A DNA stretch of 64,000 bases, from positions 120,329 to 184,328 of the forward strand of contig CAWIEK010000016.1 of the NCBI GenBank assembly GCA_963835065.1, written 5' to 3'. Made by a program: the position numbers and the translations under genes. The notes under the pieces are model-generated. The model saw only the letters and a list, made by a program, of their open reading frames with translations. It ran no database searches and was not told where the DNA came from. Shown here piece by piece: positions 23,130-32,792 of this stretch. Source of the stretch: an uncultured Chthonomonadaceae bacterium. Lineage in GTDB: Bacteria > Armatimonadota > Chthonomonadetes > Chthonomonadales > Chthonomonadaceae. Position 1 is the first letter of the stretch. Each line of letters opens with the position of its first letter.

Positions 23130-23237
23130 GCATTAGGCATTAGGCATTAGTAAGAAAATTAATTGCGCAAGCTGTTCCACATCAGAGTAGGGTTTTGTCT
23201 TCTTCCCTAATGCCTAATGCCTAATGCCTAATGCCTG
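23130..23237. repeat. Inverted heptamer array (GGCATTA)n ... (TAATGCC)n
   Basis: Read directly; supplies the stop codon of the GH78 gene. Confidence 0.95.
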
Positions 23238-25680
23238 CCTCCACTTCCTGCCTGCCGGAACGCAACGGTATCAGCGTTCCCGCGCAGGCGAATGAGCCTT
23301 TCAAGCCTTGTGGCAGCGTGATAATGCCGCGCAGTTTGTCGTTTTCTTGATGCAGTTCTACTTCGATGTCGCCGAGGGGATGGGCGAGACTGCCGCTTGC
23401 CCATTCCAACGCGCCGAGATCGGGCGAGATGCGAACGGTTCGGAAACCCCAACTTGCGGGGCGTATGCCTAAAATGCTCGTAAAATAGTGGTACAGCGGG
23501 TGCGCGCCCCACGCATGGCAGTCGGAACGGGTCGGTTCGGGCATTTCGACGGTTGTTTTCAAGCCCCGCGCCTTCAAGTCGAACCACAAATCCATGCGCT
23601 CCAGCATCTTATCGGTACGTTTCAAAATATGAAGCGTTTCAAATAAATAATGCGAAAAGTAGATGGTGGCGCGGGCCAGGTCCGGGGCGTTCAGCAATCC
23701 GGCTGCCATGCGCTCTTTGTGCTGTGGGTCGAGCAGCCCGCCTAAGAGCGCGAGACATTGCGAATGTTCGGAAAAGTGTTGGTGTTCCCGGTCATCCGCG
23801 AACAGGCCGCGCTCCTCGTCCCAAAAGTCCTCGGCTGCCCGCGCGGCCAGCAGTCCCGCCGCGCGCTGCATCCTTGCCGACATTTCCCGCTCCCCTGCCC
23901 ACGTTTCCAGTTCGCCCATCAGCCGCAGAACATAAATCATTGTCCACGTCAGCGGCCCGGACACGCCCGCGTGACCGTCCGGCGGCGTACCGTCCTTCCA
24001 ACTTGGAACCCAATCGAAGCAGTTCCAGCCGTCCGCCGCCCATAGCCTGCCGTCGCTATCCACGCGCCCCAAAAAGTGTTCCACAACGCCCCGCGCCCCC
24101 GGTAATAAACTCCGAACAAACGCGGCATCATCCCGCCAGCGCGCGAAATCGTGCAGCATCGCCACCCACCACAGCGAAAACGGCGGTATGGATTGGAACA
24201 CCCGCGTCGGATACCGCGACTGCGTCAGGCCGTTCAATTGCCGCGAAATGTCGAACATGCGCAGCGCTTTGCGCGGCAGGCGCGTGTCCCGCGTGAGCGT
24301 GTATGTCGTCAGAACTTCCAATCGCGTGTCGCCAACATACATCAATTGCTCATAATAAGGGCAGTCCATATACGTCTCATGCGAACACATCTGCAAACCG
24401 CGCAGCATCAGCCCGGACACGTCCGTAAGCCGCGCATCGCTGCTATTGAAAACACTCTCCATTTCAAGCGGATAGCGGGTTTCGCGCAGCGTAAAGGAAT
24501 GAATAGTAAGCGGTTCCTCCCACGTTTGCGCCACGATTTCCACGTACCGCCCGCACTGCCACCACAGGGTTTCAAAACGCCGATTTGTGCCGCCATCCGG
24601 CAAAAACGCATCGCCGATACCGTCCGTCCTGTGCCAGATAGTGACAAAGTATTTGCCCTCGATTGCGTTGCGATTGCCTTTGTTCTTGGTTTCGGGTTCT
24701 TCAAACAGCGCTTCCTGCCAGTGTACCCGAACCACGCCCCCCATGCCCCCGCTCGTCACCAGTTCCGGGTACGCGCAGACATAATCGTCCAGATCAATCA
24801 GGACGCGGCGGCACGTATGCGGCGGCAGGGTTACGCTGCCTTCCCCGCGCCATAACTGCGTCCACTGCGCGGCTTCGGCGGGCAGATTGTCCGCGTCTCG
24901 TATCGGCAGGCCACACGTAAACCGCTTTTCCTTGCCGTCCAGACTGACAATTTCATTAATGGGCGCAGTCGGCAATTCGCCCACATACCGAACGGTTCCC
25001 TTGTTCCAGACTTCCTCTCGCATGGCGGGAAGCGTGGCCGGTTCCAGAACATGCGTCACCGGGCGGTCATTGCGGCGAAACGTGGAACCTTCTCCCAGCG
25101 CGACAACCGGCTGCCAATCCTCCCCTGCCCCATTTTCAAAATCCCACGCAAAATCGCAGCCATCCACAATCACATTCGCGCCCGTGCCCCACGCCGCGCT
25201 CGGACGAATAAACCGATACCCCCACAACCGCATCGCTTCCCACGCCGCAACCCCGGTTCCCAATTGCGCAATATCCGCTTCCTCCTGCGGCGACAGGAGA
25301 AAGCCGGGATGCACGGTCATTTGCGCGAACGGAGCCATGTCGCCAAGCGACCACACCCGCGCCACAAGGGTATGCGCCCCCGCCGTCAATTCCAGATCGT
25401 AGGTCTCGAAAAACCAGTGGTTTCCATCCCCGCGCTCACTGCCCCTGCCGATCCGCGCCCCATCCAAAAACAACTCATACCGCTCATCCGCGGTGACATG
25501 AACCCGAACCGTTCCGGCCTGTTCCCGGTCAAAGCGCAGCCGGTACGCGGCCACAAACGGCGCTTCCCCCACCCCTGCCCCCTCGCAGCCCACCCACCGG
25601 CACGGCCAAATCCCCTGCTTGTTCCAAGCCGCGCCCGCATCCCGTTGCCGATAGGGGTCTTCAGTAATCAACGTTCGCAT
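23221..25680 (-). CDS. Alpha-L-rhamnosidase, GH78-like
   Basis: TADERYEL, ETYMDCPYYEQLMYVGD, RSDCHAW. Confidence 0.9.
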   Translation of the reverse strand: MRTLITEDPYRQRDAGAAWNKQGIWPCRWVGCEGAGVGEAPFVAAYRLRFDREQAGTVRVHVTADERYELFLDGARIGRGSERGDGNHWFFETYDLELTAGAHTLVARVWSLGDMAPFAQMTVHPGFLLSPQEEADIAQLGTGVAAWEAMRLWGYRFIRPSAAWGTGANVIVDGCDFAWDFENGAGEDWQPVVALGEGSTFRRNDRPVTHVLEPATLPAMREEVWNKGTVRYVGELPTAPINEIVSLDGKEKRFTCGLPIRDADNLPAEAAQWTQLWRGEGSVTLPPHTCRRVLIDLDDYVCAYPELVTSGGMGGVVRVHWQEALFEEPETKNKGNRNAIEGKYFVTIWHRTDGIGDAFLPDGGTNRRFETLWWQCGRYVEIVAQTWEEPLTIHSFTLRETRYPLEMESVFNSSDARLTDVSGLMLRGLQMCSHETYMDCPYYEQLMYVGDTRLEVLTTYTLTRDTRLPRKALRMFDISRQLNGLTQSRYPTRVFQSIPPFSLWWVAMLHDFARWRDDAAFVRSLLPGARGVVEHFLGRVDSDGRLWAADGWNCFDWVPSWKDGTPPDGHAGVSGPLTWTMIYVLRLMGELETWAGEREMSARMQRAAGLLAARAAEDFWDEERGLFADDREHQHFSEHSQCLALLGGLLDPQHKERMAAGLLNAPDLARATIYFSHYLFETLHILKRTDKMLERMDLWFDLKARGLKTTVEMPEPTRSDCHAWGAHPLYHYFTSILGIRPASWGFRTVRISPDLGALEWASGSLAHPLGDIEVELHQENDKLRGIITLPQGLKGSFACAGTLIPLRSGRQEVEAGIRH

Positions 25681-25960
25681 ACGAAAATATCCTCACCCTC
25701 AAATCTGCGGACTAACGCTGTCCGCAGCAGAACCAACCAGAATGTCCTTCGTACTATATTCCCATTTGTCTGCTGTTTTAGCCGGAACACTGATACTTTC
25801 ATGCAGTCTCTCCTTTTGTTTCCGTCCTTTGATGAGTCAAACCTAAAATTGTGTTTTTTTCTACTCCTGCCGGGAACGTCGCGCTTTCATGGAATGGTGT
25901 GCCTCCTGCCGGAGTGTATCCGGCTTCGTACCGGTTTGCCCCGTTTGCCGCAAGCCTTCG

Positions 25961-26153
25961 ACCCTCATCCGGCCTTCGGCCACCTTCTCCCTGCAAGGGA
26001 GAAGGCCAATGTGTTCAATGGGCAAGTTGAACAAGAGATAAGGGAGCCGATAAACAAGCGCTACGCATAAAACAAACCCTTAACAAACGCACCCGATGAA
26101 CAGTTTAGCCTTCTCCCTTGCAGGGAGAAGGTGGCCGAAGGCCGGATGAGGGT
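25961..26153. mobile_element. REP/MITE-like element: perfect 46-bp inverted repeats with 101-bp spacer
   Basis: ACCCTCATCCGGCCTTCGGCCACCTTCTCCCTGCAAGGGAGAAGGC at 25961-26006 and its reverse complement at 26108-26153. Confidence 0.85.
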
Positions 26154-26451
26154 AGAACCTTCCGTTTCCCCCGCAGCAACCCCACCTTCAAGTACAATGC
26201 CAGAACTCCCACCACAAACTTTTTGTCGCGGCAACCTGCTTCATCGCTTCCCACTCTTGGCGTTTTTGCGTTCTCCTCGCTTTTCGTTCCGCTATGAGCC
26301 TCGTCTTGCCGCTTATGCCTATTGCTCTTCCCTATCCGAGTTTCCGGCGCTCAGGGCAATCCCCTCCTCATGTTCGCCATTCCTGACCGTCACTCCTGCC
26401 AACACCGCGCGAGGCATTTTAAATTCAAGGCAGTTATGCGATTGAGTGCCG

Positions 26452-26570
26452 CCAAAAATTGAAAATCCCCATTTGAACATAACAAGCGTCCTCCAAACGC
26501 GCTATTCTAATCAAAATTTTCGCGTCCGCAGGACGCTTGCACTTTCCTGCCGGGGATTTTCAATCCCCGG
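26452..26570. repeat. REPIN-like element copy A
   Basis: 49 bp (26522-26570) identical to 34834-34882; degenerate inverted copy upstream. Confidence 0.85.
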
Positions 26571-26607
26571 AACCATCTAAAAAAGAGCCAGACAACGCGA
26601 AAAAAGC

Positions 26608-26635
26608 GAAACCTTTGCCCTCTTCACTCTGTCTA
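26608..26635 (+). promoter_or_regulatory. ECF-sigma-type promoter
   Basis: GAAACC-N16-TGTCTA; same architecture at 55524-55551. Confidence 0.6.
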
Positions 26636-26639
26636 TACA

Positions 26640-26880
26640 GTACAAATGTCTACTATACAGAGACGAAGGTTGAACGTTGGTAGTTCCTATCAACTATCAA
26701 CTATCAACTATCAACTTAAGAAGGGAGGTGCCAGTCCTATGTTTCACCCCTCCCGTCCGCCCTGACGCTGCCGAGGTCACGACGCCTCTCTCCTACAATT
26801 TGACACAACGAGACATCGGGCTGGAAGCGCTGTATTGCCAAGATTTCGACGATGCCTCTACATACCCTTTTTCTTTTCCC
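26640..26880 (+). ncRNA. Candidate sRNA/leader RNA copy 1 (unidentified family)
   Basis: About 125-nt core nearly identical to 55693-55823; hairpins, U-rich end, upstream ECF-type promoter. Confidence 0.55.
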
Positions 26881-27024
26881 ATTTCGAGGTCCCGGCTCTG
26901 AACATAGTACGGAAAACTTACTTGTATGGGGTATGTTAAATATGTTCAATAATGTTTATTTACTCGCGCAAAGATACGCTGTCCAGGGATGCAGGTACAA
27001 GCCTGTCAAGGGAGGAGTGAGATC

Positions 27025-27240
27025 ATGCCTATTATCGTCAGTGTCATTGCCGCTCTGACTGCGGGAAGTTTGGTGTTGTTATGCCTGGTTGGGGATTATC
27101 CATGGGAATGGCTGATCATGAATCCCTTTACCGGCGCTGTGGGCGGATACATTGCCAGCGTACTGTTGACATGGACGCGCGAAAGCCGCAACGCGGCAAG
27201 TCACTCCCGGCCGAAAACAGGATCGCAACCAGCAGACTGA
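27025..27240 (+). CDS. Small two-TM protein
   Basis: GGGAGGAG RBS; two hydrophobic segments. Confidence 0.65.
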   Translation: MPIIVSVIAALTAGSLVLLCLVGDYPWEWLIMNPFTGAVGGYIASVLLTWTRESRNAASHSRPKTGSQPAD

Positions 27241-27285
27241 GGAGAACGCAACGATGCGGAGCCTCCAGATCAGGAGAACACTACA

Positions 27286-27531
27286 ATGTACGTAGTTTCA
27301 CGGTTTACCGGCGTACTGTTTCTATTTTTTGCCGGGTATATGGCCCTACATTCTTTGCGTCTGCTCAAATTACAGCAGGCGTTTCTCAGCACAAACCTGC
27401 ATCAGCCGGTAGATAATCACACTCGTATAATCTGGGGCTGTGAGTGCCTGCTCATAACCTTCGGCTTGCTGGCCTTCGGACTTCGCCTGATCCTCAAGCC
27501 TGTGCGATTAGACCAGCAAATATCCTGGTAG
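27286..27531 (+). CDS. Small two-TM protein
   Basis: AGGAG RBS; two hydrophobic segments. Confidence 0.65.
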   Translation: MYVVSRFTGVLFLFFAGYMALHSLRLLKLQQAFLSTNLHQPVDNHTRIIWGCECLLITFGLLAFGLRLILKPVRLDQQISW

Positions 27532-27543
27532 AGAAAGAACCCT

Positions 27544-27596
27544 GCCGCTGCGCCGGAACCTGCCCAAACAGCCCGACGTATCCTAACCACAGGAGG
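27544..27596 (+). promoter_or_regulatory. ECF-type promoter plus RBS, direct repeat copy A
   Basis: GGAACC-N16-CGTATC ... AGGAGG; 49/53 identical to 28583-28635. Confidence 0.75.
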
Positions 27597-27605
27597 AAAG
27601 CAGAT

Positions 27606-28139
27606 ATGTTCCGTGAAGACAAAACCACACAGATGGCCGCGCGCTTCCTGCAATTAGCCGGAAAACGACTTCCGTACATCCAATTGCTGAAACTGCTTTA
27701 CCTTGCGGATAAGCAAATGCTCACTCAGCACGGAAAACCAATCACATACGACCGTTGGTATGCGATGAAATACGGCCCGGTGCTGAGTTCGACCTATGAT
27801 CTCATTAAGGGAAATAATCAATCCGAATACTGGTCAGATTACATCCAAACTGCGAACTATGACGTGGTACTTTGCAGCGACCCCGGCTCTGATGCTCTCT
27901 CGGTAACAGAAGACCGCATTATCGAAGCAGTGTTTGAAGAATACAAAGATCGCAACTGGCAGCAGATGGTTGATGTTACGCATCAATTGCCTGAGTGGGA
28001 GAATTCAGGCAGCGCCTCGAAGGAAATAACCTACGAGGAAGTGCTTCAGATAGAAGGTTTCGACAAAGAAGACATTGACAACATTCTGGACAATATACGT
28101 GTTCAAAATGATGTACATCTTGTTCTGGAGACGTTGTAA
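27606..28139 (+). CDS. Panacea/SocA (DUF4065) family antitoxin
   Basis: LLKLLYLAD, PITYD, AMKYGPV, THQLPEW. Confidence 0.88.
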   Translation: MFREDKTTQMAARFLQLAGKRLPYIQLLKLLYLADKQMLTQHGKPITYDRWYAMKYGPVLSSTYDLIKGNNQSEYWSDYIQTANYDVVLCSDPGSDALSVTEDRIIEAVFEEYKDRNWQQMVDVTHQLPEWENSGSASKEITYEEVLQIEGFDKEDIDNILDNIRVQNDVHLVLETL

Positions 28140-28549
28140 TGGCGTCTTTTCAGGCAGGCGACACTTTCCTTCTTGGTGGGTTGGGCGGATTGGATGCAAA
28201 ACTGCACTTGTTCGTCGTGGTTTGTGACCCCGCCGGAAACCCGTTGACGATCCTTGCCGTTCCATTCAACACTGTTACCTCCACTACGGACACAACACTA
28301 ATTCTTGAACCTGGGGAACATCCCTTCATCAACCGCAAAACGGCAGTAAGCTTCGACCTCCTGATGGAAATTGAGGTTGATAAGCTGGCTAAACTAGAAC
28401 AACTGTCTGCGTCTGGTCAGGCTAACAAGTTTCAGCGCCATTCCCCCGCCTCGGATGATCTTCTCAAACGCATTATTGAGGGTGCCTTGACTTCTGATCT
28501 CACGCCTAAAGCGATGGTGAAAGCTCTGAAAGCAAGACTCGAATTGTAG
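28139..28549 (+). CDS. Putative toxin partner, PemK/MazF-like fold
   Basis: TAATG coupling; GDTF, HLFVV, LEPGEHPFI motifs. Confidence 0.6.
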   Translation: MASFQAGDTFLLGGLGGLDAKLHLFVVVCDPAGNPLTILAVPFNTVTSTTDTTLILEPGEHPFINRKTAVSFDLLMEIEVDKLAKLEQLSASGQANKFQRHSPASDDLLKRIIEGALTSDLTPKAMVKALKARLEL

Positions 28550-28582
28550 CGCATACTTCAGTACCTTGTTCTTTGACTCGCA

Positions 28583-28635
28583 GCCGCTTCGCCGGAACCT
28601 GCCCAAACCGCGCGGCGTATCCTAACCACAGGAGG
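28583..28635 (+). promoter_or_regulatory. ECF-type promoter plus RBS, direct repeat copy B
   Basis: See copy A. Confidence 0.75.
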
Positions 28636-28646
28636 CATTACGACTT

Positions 28647-29609
28647 ATGAAAGCGATTCGCGTAGAGCAGTTTGGCGGGCCGGAAGCGTTGAAGTGGCAG
28701 GATGTGCCGGATTTGCAGCCCGAAGCGGGGCAAGTGGTGGTGCGGATCGGGGCGGCGGGCGTCAATCCGGTGGAAACGTATGTGCGGGCGGGCAAGTACG
28801 CGCGTCTGCCGCAGTTGCCCTATACCCCCGGTTCCGATGGCGCGGGAGCCGTGGAAACCGTTGGCGCAGATGTCAACGATGTGAAACCCGGCGACCGGGT
28901 ATACCTTTTTGGCTCCGTTTCCGGCGCGTATGCCGAATACGCGCTGTGCGAACGGACGCAGGTATATCCTCTTGCCGACAGCCTTTCCTTTGCGCAGGGC
29001 GCGGCGATTGGCGTTCCCTATGGCACGGCGTGGCGGGCATTATTTACGCGGGGGCAGGCGCAGGCGGGGGAAACCGTCCTGGTGCATGGCGCAACGGGCG
29101 GCGTGGGCATTGCCGCTATTCAAATTGCCAGAGCCGCCGGCCTGACCGTTATCGGCACGGCAGGGAGCGAGGCTGGCAGGCAATTGGCGCTGGCACAGGG
29201 CGCAGCCCATGTCCTGCCCCATGAACAGGGCAGCGATCCCGAACACATCAAAGCCTTGACAGACGGTAAGGGCGTCAACTTAATCTTGGAAATGCTCGCC
29301 AACGTCAACCTCAACAATGATTTCAAAGTATGCGCCCCGCATGGCCGCGTCGTCATCATCGGCAGCCGGGGAACCGTAGAAATAGACCCCCGCCTGACCA
29401 TGACAACCGAACTCGACATACGCGGCATGACCCTGATGGCCGCCACGCCCCACGAACTCGCCGATATGCACCGCGAATTGGGCAAAGGCTTTGCAGACGG
29501 TACGTTGCGTCCGATTATACAGCAGGAATTCCCCTTCACTGAAGCCGCCCATGCCCACGAACTCGTGATGCAGAACAACTCCGGCGGCAAAATCGTCCTC
29601 ACGCCCTAA
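28647..29609 (+). CDS. qor: NADPH:quinone reductase (MDR family)
   Basis: MKAIRV..FGGPE, GVNP, PGSDGAG, HGATGGVG, GKIVL. Confidence 0.92.
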   Translation: MKAIRVEQFGGPEALKWQDVPDLQPEAGQVVVRIGAAGVNPVETYVRAGKYARLPQLPYTPGSDGAGAVETVGADVNDVKPGDRVYLFGSVSGAYAEYALCERTQVYPLADSLSFAQGAAIGVPYGTAWRALFTRGQAQAGETVLVHGATGGVGIAAIQIARAAGLTVIGTAGSEAGRQLALAQGAAHVLPHEQGSDPEHIKALTDGKGVNLILEMLANVNLNNDFKVCAPHGRVVIIGSRGTVEIDPRLTMTTELDIRGMTLMAATPHELADMHRELGKGFADGTLRPIIQQEFPFTEAAHAHELVMQNNSGGKIVLTP

Positions 29610-29693
29610 ATAACACCCTTTTGCCTGCCCACCATCATGCAAACAAAAGAGTGATACGCGCCGCCCCACTAAATCATGGATGGAGCCACCCCT

Positions 29694-30065
29694 TCAGACG
29701 TGCTGATCCACCAGAATCGAGTTCCCGTCCGGGTCTACGGCAATAAAGCTGCCCGGCCCGGTCGTATTCTCATCGGCCTCCTGCATCAGCGTTACGCCTT
29801 CCCCTTTCAACCGGCGCTGCAATTCGCGAACGTCGGTGAAGGCAGTCAGCGCTTGCGCGTTGCTGTCCCATCCGGGGTTGAACGTGAGGATATTCTTCTC
29901 GAACATGCCTTGAAACAGGCCAATGACGTGAGTGCCGTTCTTCAAGATTAGCCAGTTCTGCGCCTCCTCCCCGGCAAAGACCGTGAAGCCAAATTTCTCG
30001 TAAAACGTCCGTGAAGCCTCAATATCCTTGACGGCCAAACTGATAGAAAACGCGCCGAGTTCCAT
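29694..30065 (-). CDS. VOC/glyoxalase family protein
   Basis: GAFSISLAVKDI, DPDGNSILVDQH. Confidence 0.9.
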   Translation of the reverse strand: MELGAFSISLAVKDIEASRTFYEKFGFTVFAGEEAQNWLILKNGTHVIGLFQGMFEKNILTFNPGWDSNAQALTAFTDVRELQRRLKGEGVTLMQEADENTTGPGSFIAVDPDGNSILVDQHV

Positions 30066-30229
30066 AACCACGCTCCTTTCGTGTGTCAAGCAGTGCGATG
30101 CCGACCCTCGTTGTCGGATTATGGACTCACTCCACACACGGGAAAGAAAGCGGAATGTCAGTCAATTCGAGTTTCTATGTAGGTCTGAACGTCGCCGAAG
30201 GGTTGGCTGAAAAGCGTGAAGCCGTTCAG

Positions 30230-31173
30230 TCAAACCTTCGGAAATGTGTTGCAGAAAATGATGCGAAAGAAGTTCCGCAGGTCTACTGCTCGTAAACGCC
30301 CCGGTCCACATAGCCTCCCGGCGGGCTGAAACTTGCCTGCCCCAACCGGTTTCAGCGTGGAAAGGTCCAGGGCGTAGCGCTGAAAGAAATCCGGGGCGGC
30401 AGGGTAAATCAGGCCGGACAGTTCGCCGGTACGGCGTTTCGCGGCGTTGAAAAACTCGACGCGAACGGCAACAGGTTTCGCCAGGGAAGCGGACAGGCTG
30501 AAACTCAGAGTGAGTTTGCCGAGGTTTGTTTCGGCATTGTTCACGGGCAAAAGCCCGCTGACCAGCGTCACGCGCCATTTGCCTGGCGTGGCGGGGATGT
30601 TACGCGCAATCAGCAGCAACCCGCCTGAAGCCTGCGTGGTATTCGCCACATCCACAGTTCCGGCCAGCTGGCGCCGCCCGCCCACGAACGCGATCCGGCG
30701 ATGCCCCACTCCAATGGCGGAACATTGTCAATCAGCGCCACCGGAATTTTATTTTCATAAAAGGCAACGTTCAAGCGGCTGTGCGCTTCTTCGCTCAGGC
30801 CCACGATCAGCGCGCCCGCCAGTCGCCAGGCCAGGCAGCGCGCAATCGTGGCGTCGTCTACTCCATCGTAAGAAAGATGCAGGACTTTGTGCAGATAATC
30901 GTTTTGGCTGGTGGCTTCCATGGCCCCGGTCAGGATGTTGATGATGTTCTCGCCGGAATGGGGCGCGGTCAGAACGCCGATGATACGGCTTTTCCCCGTC
31001 ACCATCGCGCGGGCAAACTGATTGCGCTGGTACCCAAGTTCCCGCGCCACCTCCAAAACCCGCTCCCGTGTCTGCGGGGAGATTTTGAGTTTGTCGGAAG
31101 TGCCGCCCAAAACAAACGAGACGGTAGCCTGCGAAACCCCCGCTCGCGCCGCGACATCACCCATCGTCACCAT
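30230..31173 (-). pseudogene. LacI-family regulator with internal deletion, joined to a fragment of an unrelated gene
   Basis: TMGDVAARAGVSQATVS HTH; GHRRIAFVGG follows directly in another frame, then non-LacI sequence. Confidence 0.7.
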
Positions 31174-31402
31174 GAACTTTACCGCTTTCTCTAAGTTAAA
31201 CCTATTAGTTATACGTTTTAGTCGTTATGGCGTACAGTACAACCTACTTTATCCGGGAGCGCAAGGCCCTGCGGGAAAAATACCGGAAAATTGTTTCCAA
31301 ACGTCTTCGATACTGTTCCGCAAGAATAAAGGAGGTTCCAAAATGGCAGACTCGCAGCCGCCTTGTAGAGGTACACTAATCAAAAAGGGAAGAAAAGAAA
31401 GC

Positions 31403-31478
31403 AGAAGATTGAAGATAGAAGATAGAAGATAGAAGATAGAAGATAGAAGCCCAATACCCTGAACCTAAAACCCTACCA
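31403..31478. repeat. (AGAAGAT)n arm plus degenerate C-rich arm
   Basis: Read directly. Confidence 0.9.
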
Positions 31479-31480
31479 TC

Positions 31481-32773
31481 ATGCACATCGCCTTTATCAG
31501 CTACGAATATCCACCCGAAACGCCCAACGGCGGCATTGCCACGTATGTCCAGCAGGCCGCGCGCATGTTGGCGGCGCGTGGGCATGACGTGGAAGTGTTT
31601 GCCGGCAGCCCCACCCGTGACGCCACGCTCCCCACCGACGGCCTGCTGATTCACCGCATCCATGTGGCGCAGCGCCCCGACTTCGCGGCCCGCGTCGCGC
31701 CCGCCTTTGCCCGCCGTCACCAGGCCGCGCCCTTTGACGTGATGGAAGGCCCCGACTACGACGCCGACGCCCGCTTCGCAGCCCAACAAGTCCCCGACCT
31801 GCCCTATGTCGTCCGCCTGCACACGCCGCGCTATCTTGCTGAGATTCTGAACACGCCGTTGCAAGAGGGGGAGAAGAGGAGAGAGGGTGAAGAGGAGACG
31901 CAGGAGGGAACAGGAAACAGGGAACAGGGAACAGAAGGAGCGGATGTCCTATCAACGATCAACGATCAACGATCAACTACTGATTCATCCTTCATCCTTC
32001 ATCCTTCATCCTTGTTTGACTATGCATACCGGCATGTCATAAAGGCAGACGGCATTACGGCTCCGTCGCAGGCTATGCGCGAGATTGTTGCGCGAGACTG
32101 GCAGATACCATTAGAACGCATTACGGTGTTCCCGAACGTGTACCGGCCTTCTCCGGCCCTGCTGCAATTACCGCCCGCGCCGGACTCGCGCATTGTTACC
32201 TACTTCGGACGCCTGGAACAGCGTAAGGGCGTGATTACCCTGGCCCGCGCCATTCCCGCCATTCTGCGGGCCTGCCCCGACGCTCGGTTTCGCTTCGTAG
32301 GCCGAACGCTCGAATCGCCGGAACCGGGTATAACCATGCGCGATTACCTTGCGCGGCTGCTCGCCCCCTGCGCCCATGCCGTCACCCTGTCCGGCCATAT
32401 CTCGCTGGAAGAGATTCCCGCATTGCTTTCGGACACGGCTATCTGTGTTTTTCCAAGCCGATGGGAGAACTTTCCCGGTGTGTGCTTGGAAGCGATGGCG
32501 GCAGGCCGCGCGATTGTCGGCAGCGAAGCGGGCGGCATGGCCGATATGCTACAGGAAGACACGGGCGTTCTGATCCCTCCCGACAACCCGCAACGCATTG
32601 CCGATGCCGTAATTAGTTTACTGTCTGATCCCGAACGTAGAGAACAAATAGGACAAAGGGCGCGGGGTCGCGTTCAGACCGTTTACAGCCCAACTCAATT
32701 GGCTCCTCTACAGGAAGCAGGTTATGAGGCAGCTATCCGACAGAAGCGGGAGAGGGATAAATGGCTACTGTGA
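31481..32773 (+). CDS. GT4 glycosyltransferase with repeat-derived in-frame insertion
   Basis: EYPP, GGIATY, GRLEQRKG, ENFPGVCLEAMA. Confidence 0.92.
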   Translation: MHIAFISYEYPPETPNGGIATYVQQAARMLAARGHDVEVFAGSPTRDATLPTDGLLIHRIHVAQRPDFAARVAPAFARRHQAAPFDVMEGPDYDADARFAAQQVPDLPYVVRLHTPRYLAEILNTPLQEGEKRREGEEETQEGTGNREQGTEGADVLSTINDQRSTTDSSFILHPSSLFDYAYRHVIKADGITAPSQAMREIVARDWQIPLERITVFPNVYRPSPALLQLPPAPDSRIVTYFGRLEQRKGVITLARAIPAILRACPDARFRFVGRTLESPEPGITMRDYLARLLAPCAHAVTLSGHISLEEIPALLSDTAICVFPSRWENFPGVCLEAMAAGRAIVGSEAGGMADMLQEDTGVLIPPDNPQRIADAVISLLSDPERREQIGQRARGRVQTVYSPTQLAPLQEAGYEAAIRQKRERDKWLL

Positions 32774-32792
32774 AGACACAGGATGTTGTGCC

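Noticed and set aside
26749..26870. Known riboswitch or ribozyme (ZTP, c-di-AMP, c-di-GMP, hammerhead, HDV-like)
   Set aside because: Only short partial matches such as GTCGTGAC on the minus strand; remaining conserved cores absent.
26677..26901. 74-aa ORF as a conserved peptide or RiPP precursor
   Set aside because: Start lies in repeats without RBS, the second copy is out of frame after TTPL, and no modifying enzymes are nearby; not fully excluded because several substitutions are synonymous in this frame.
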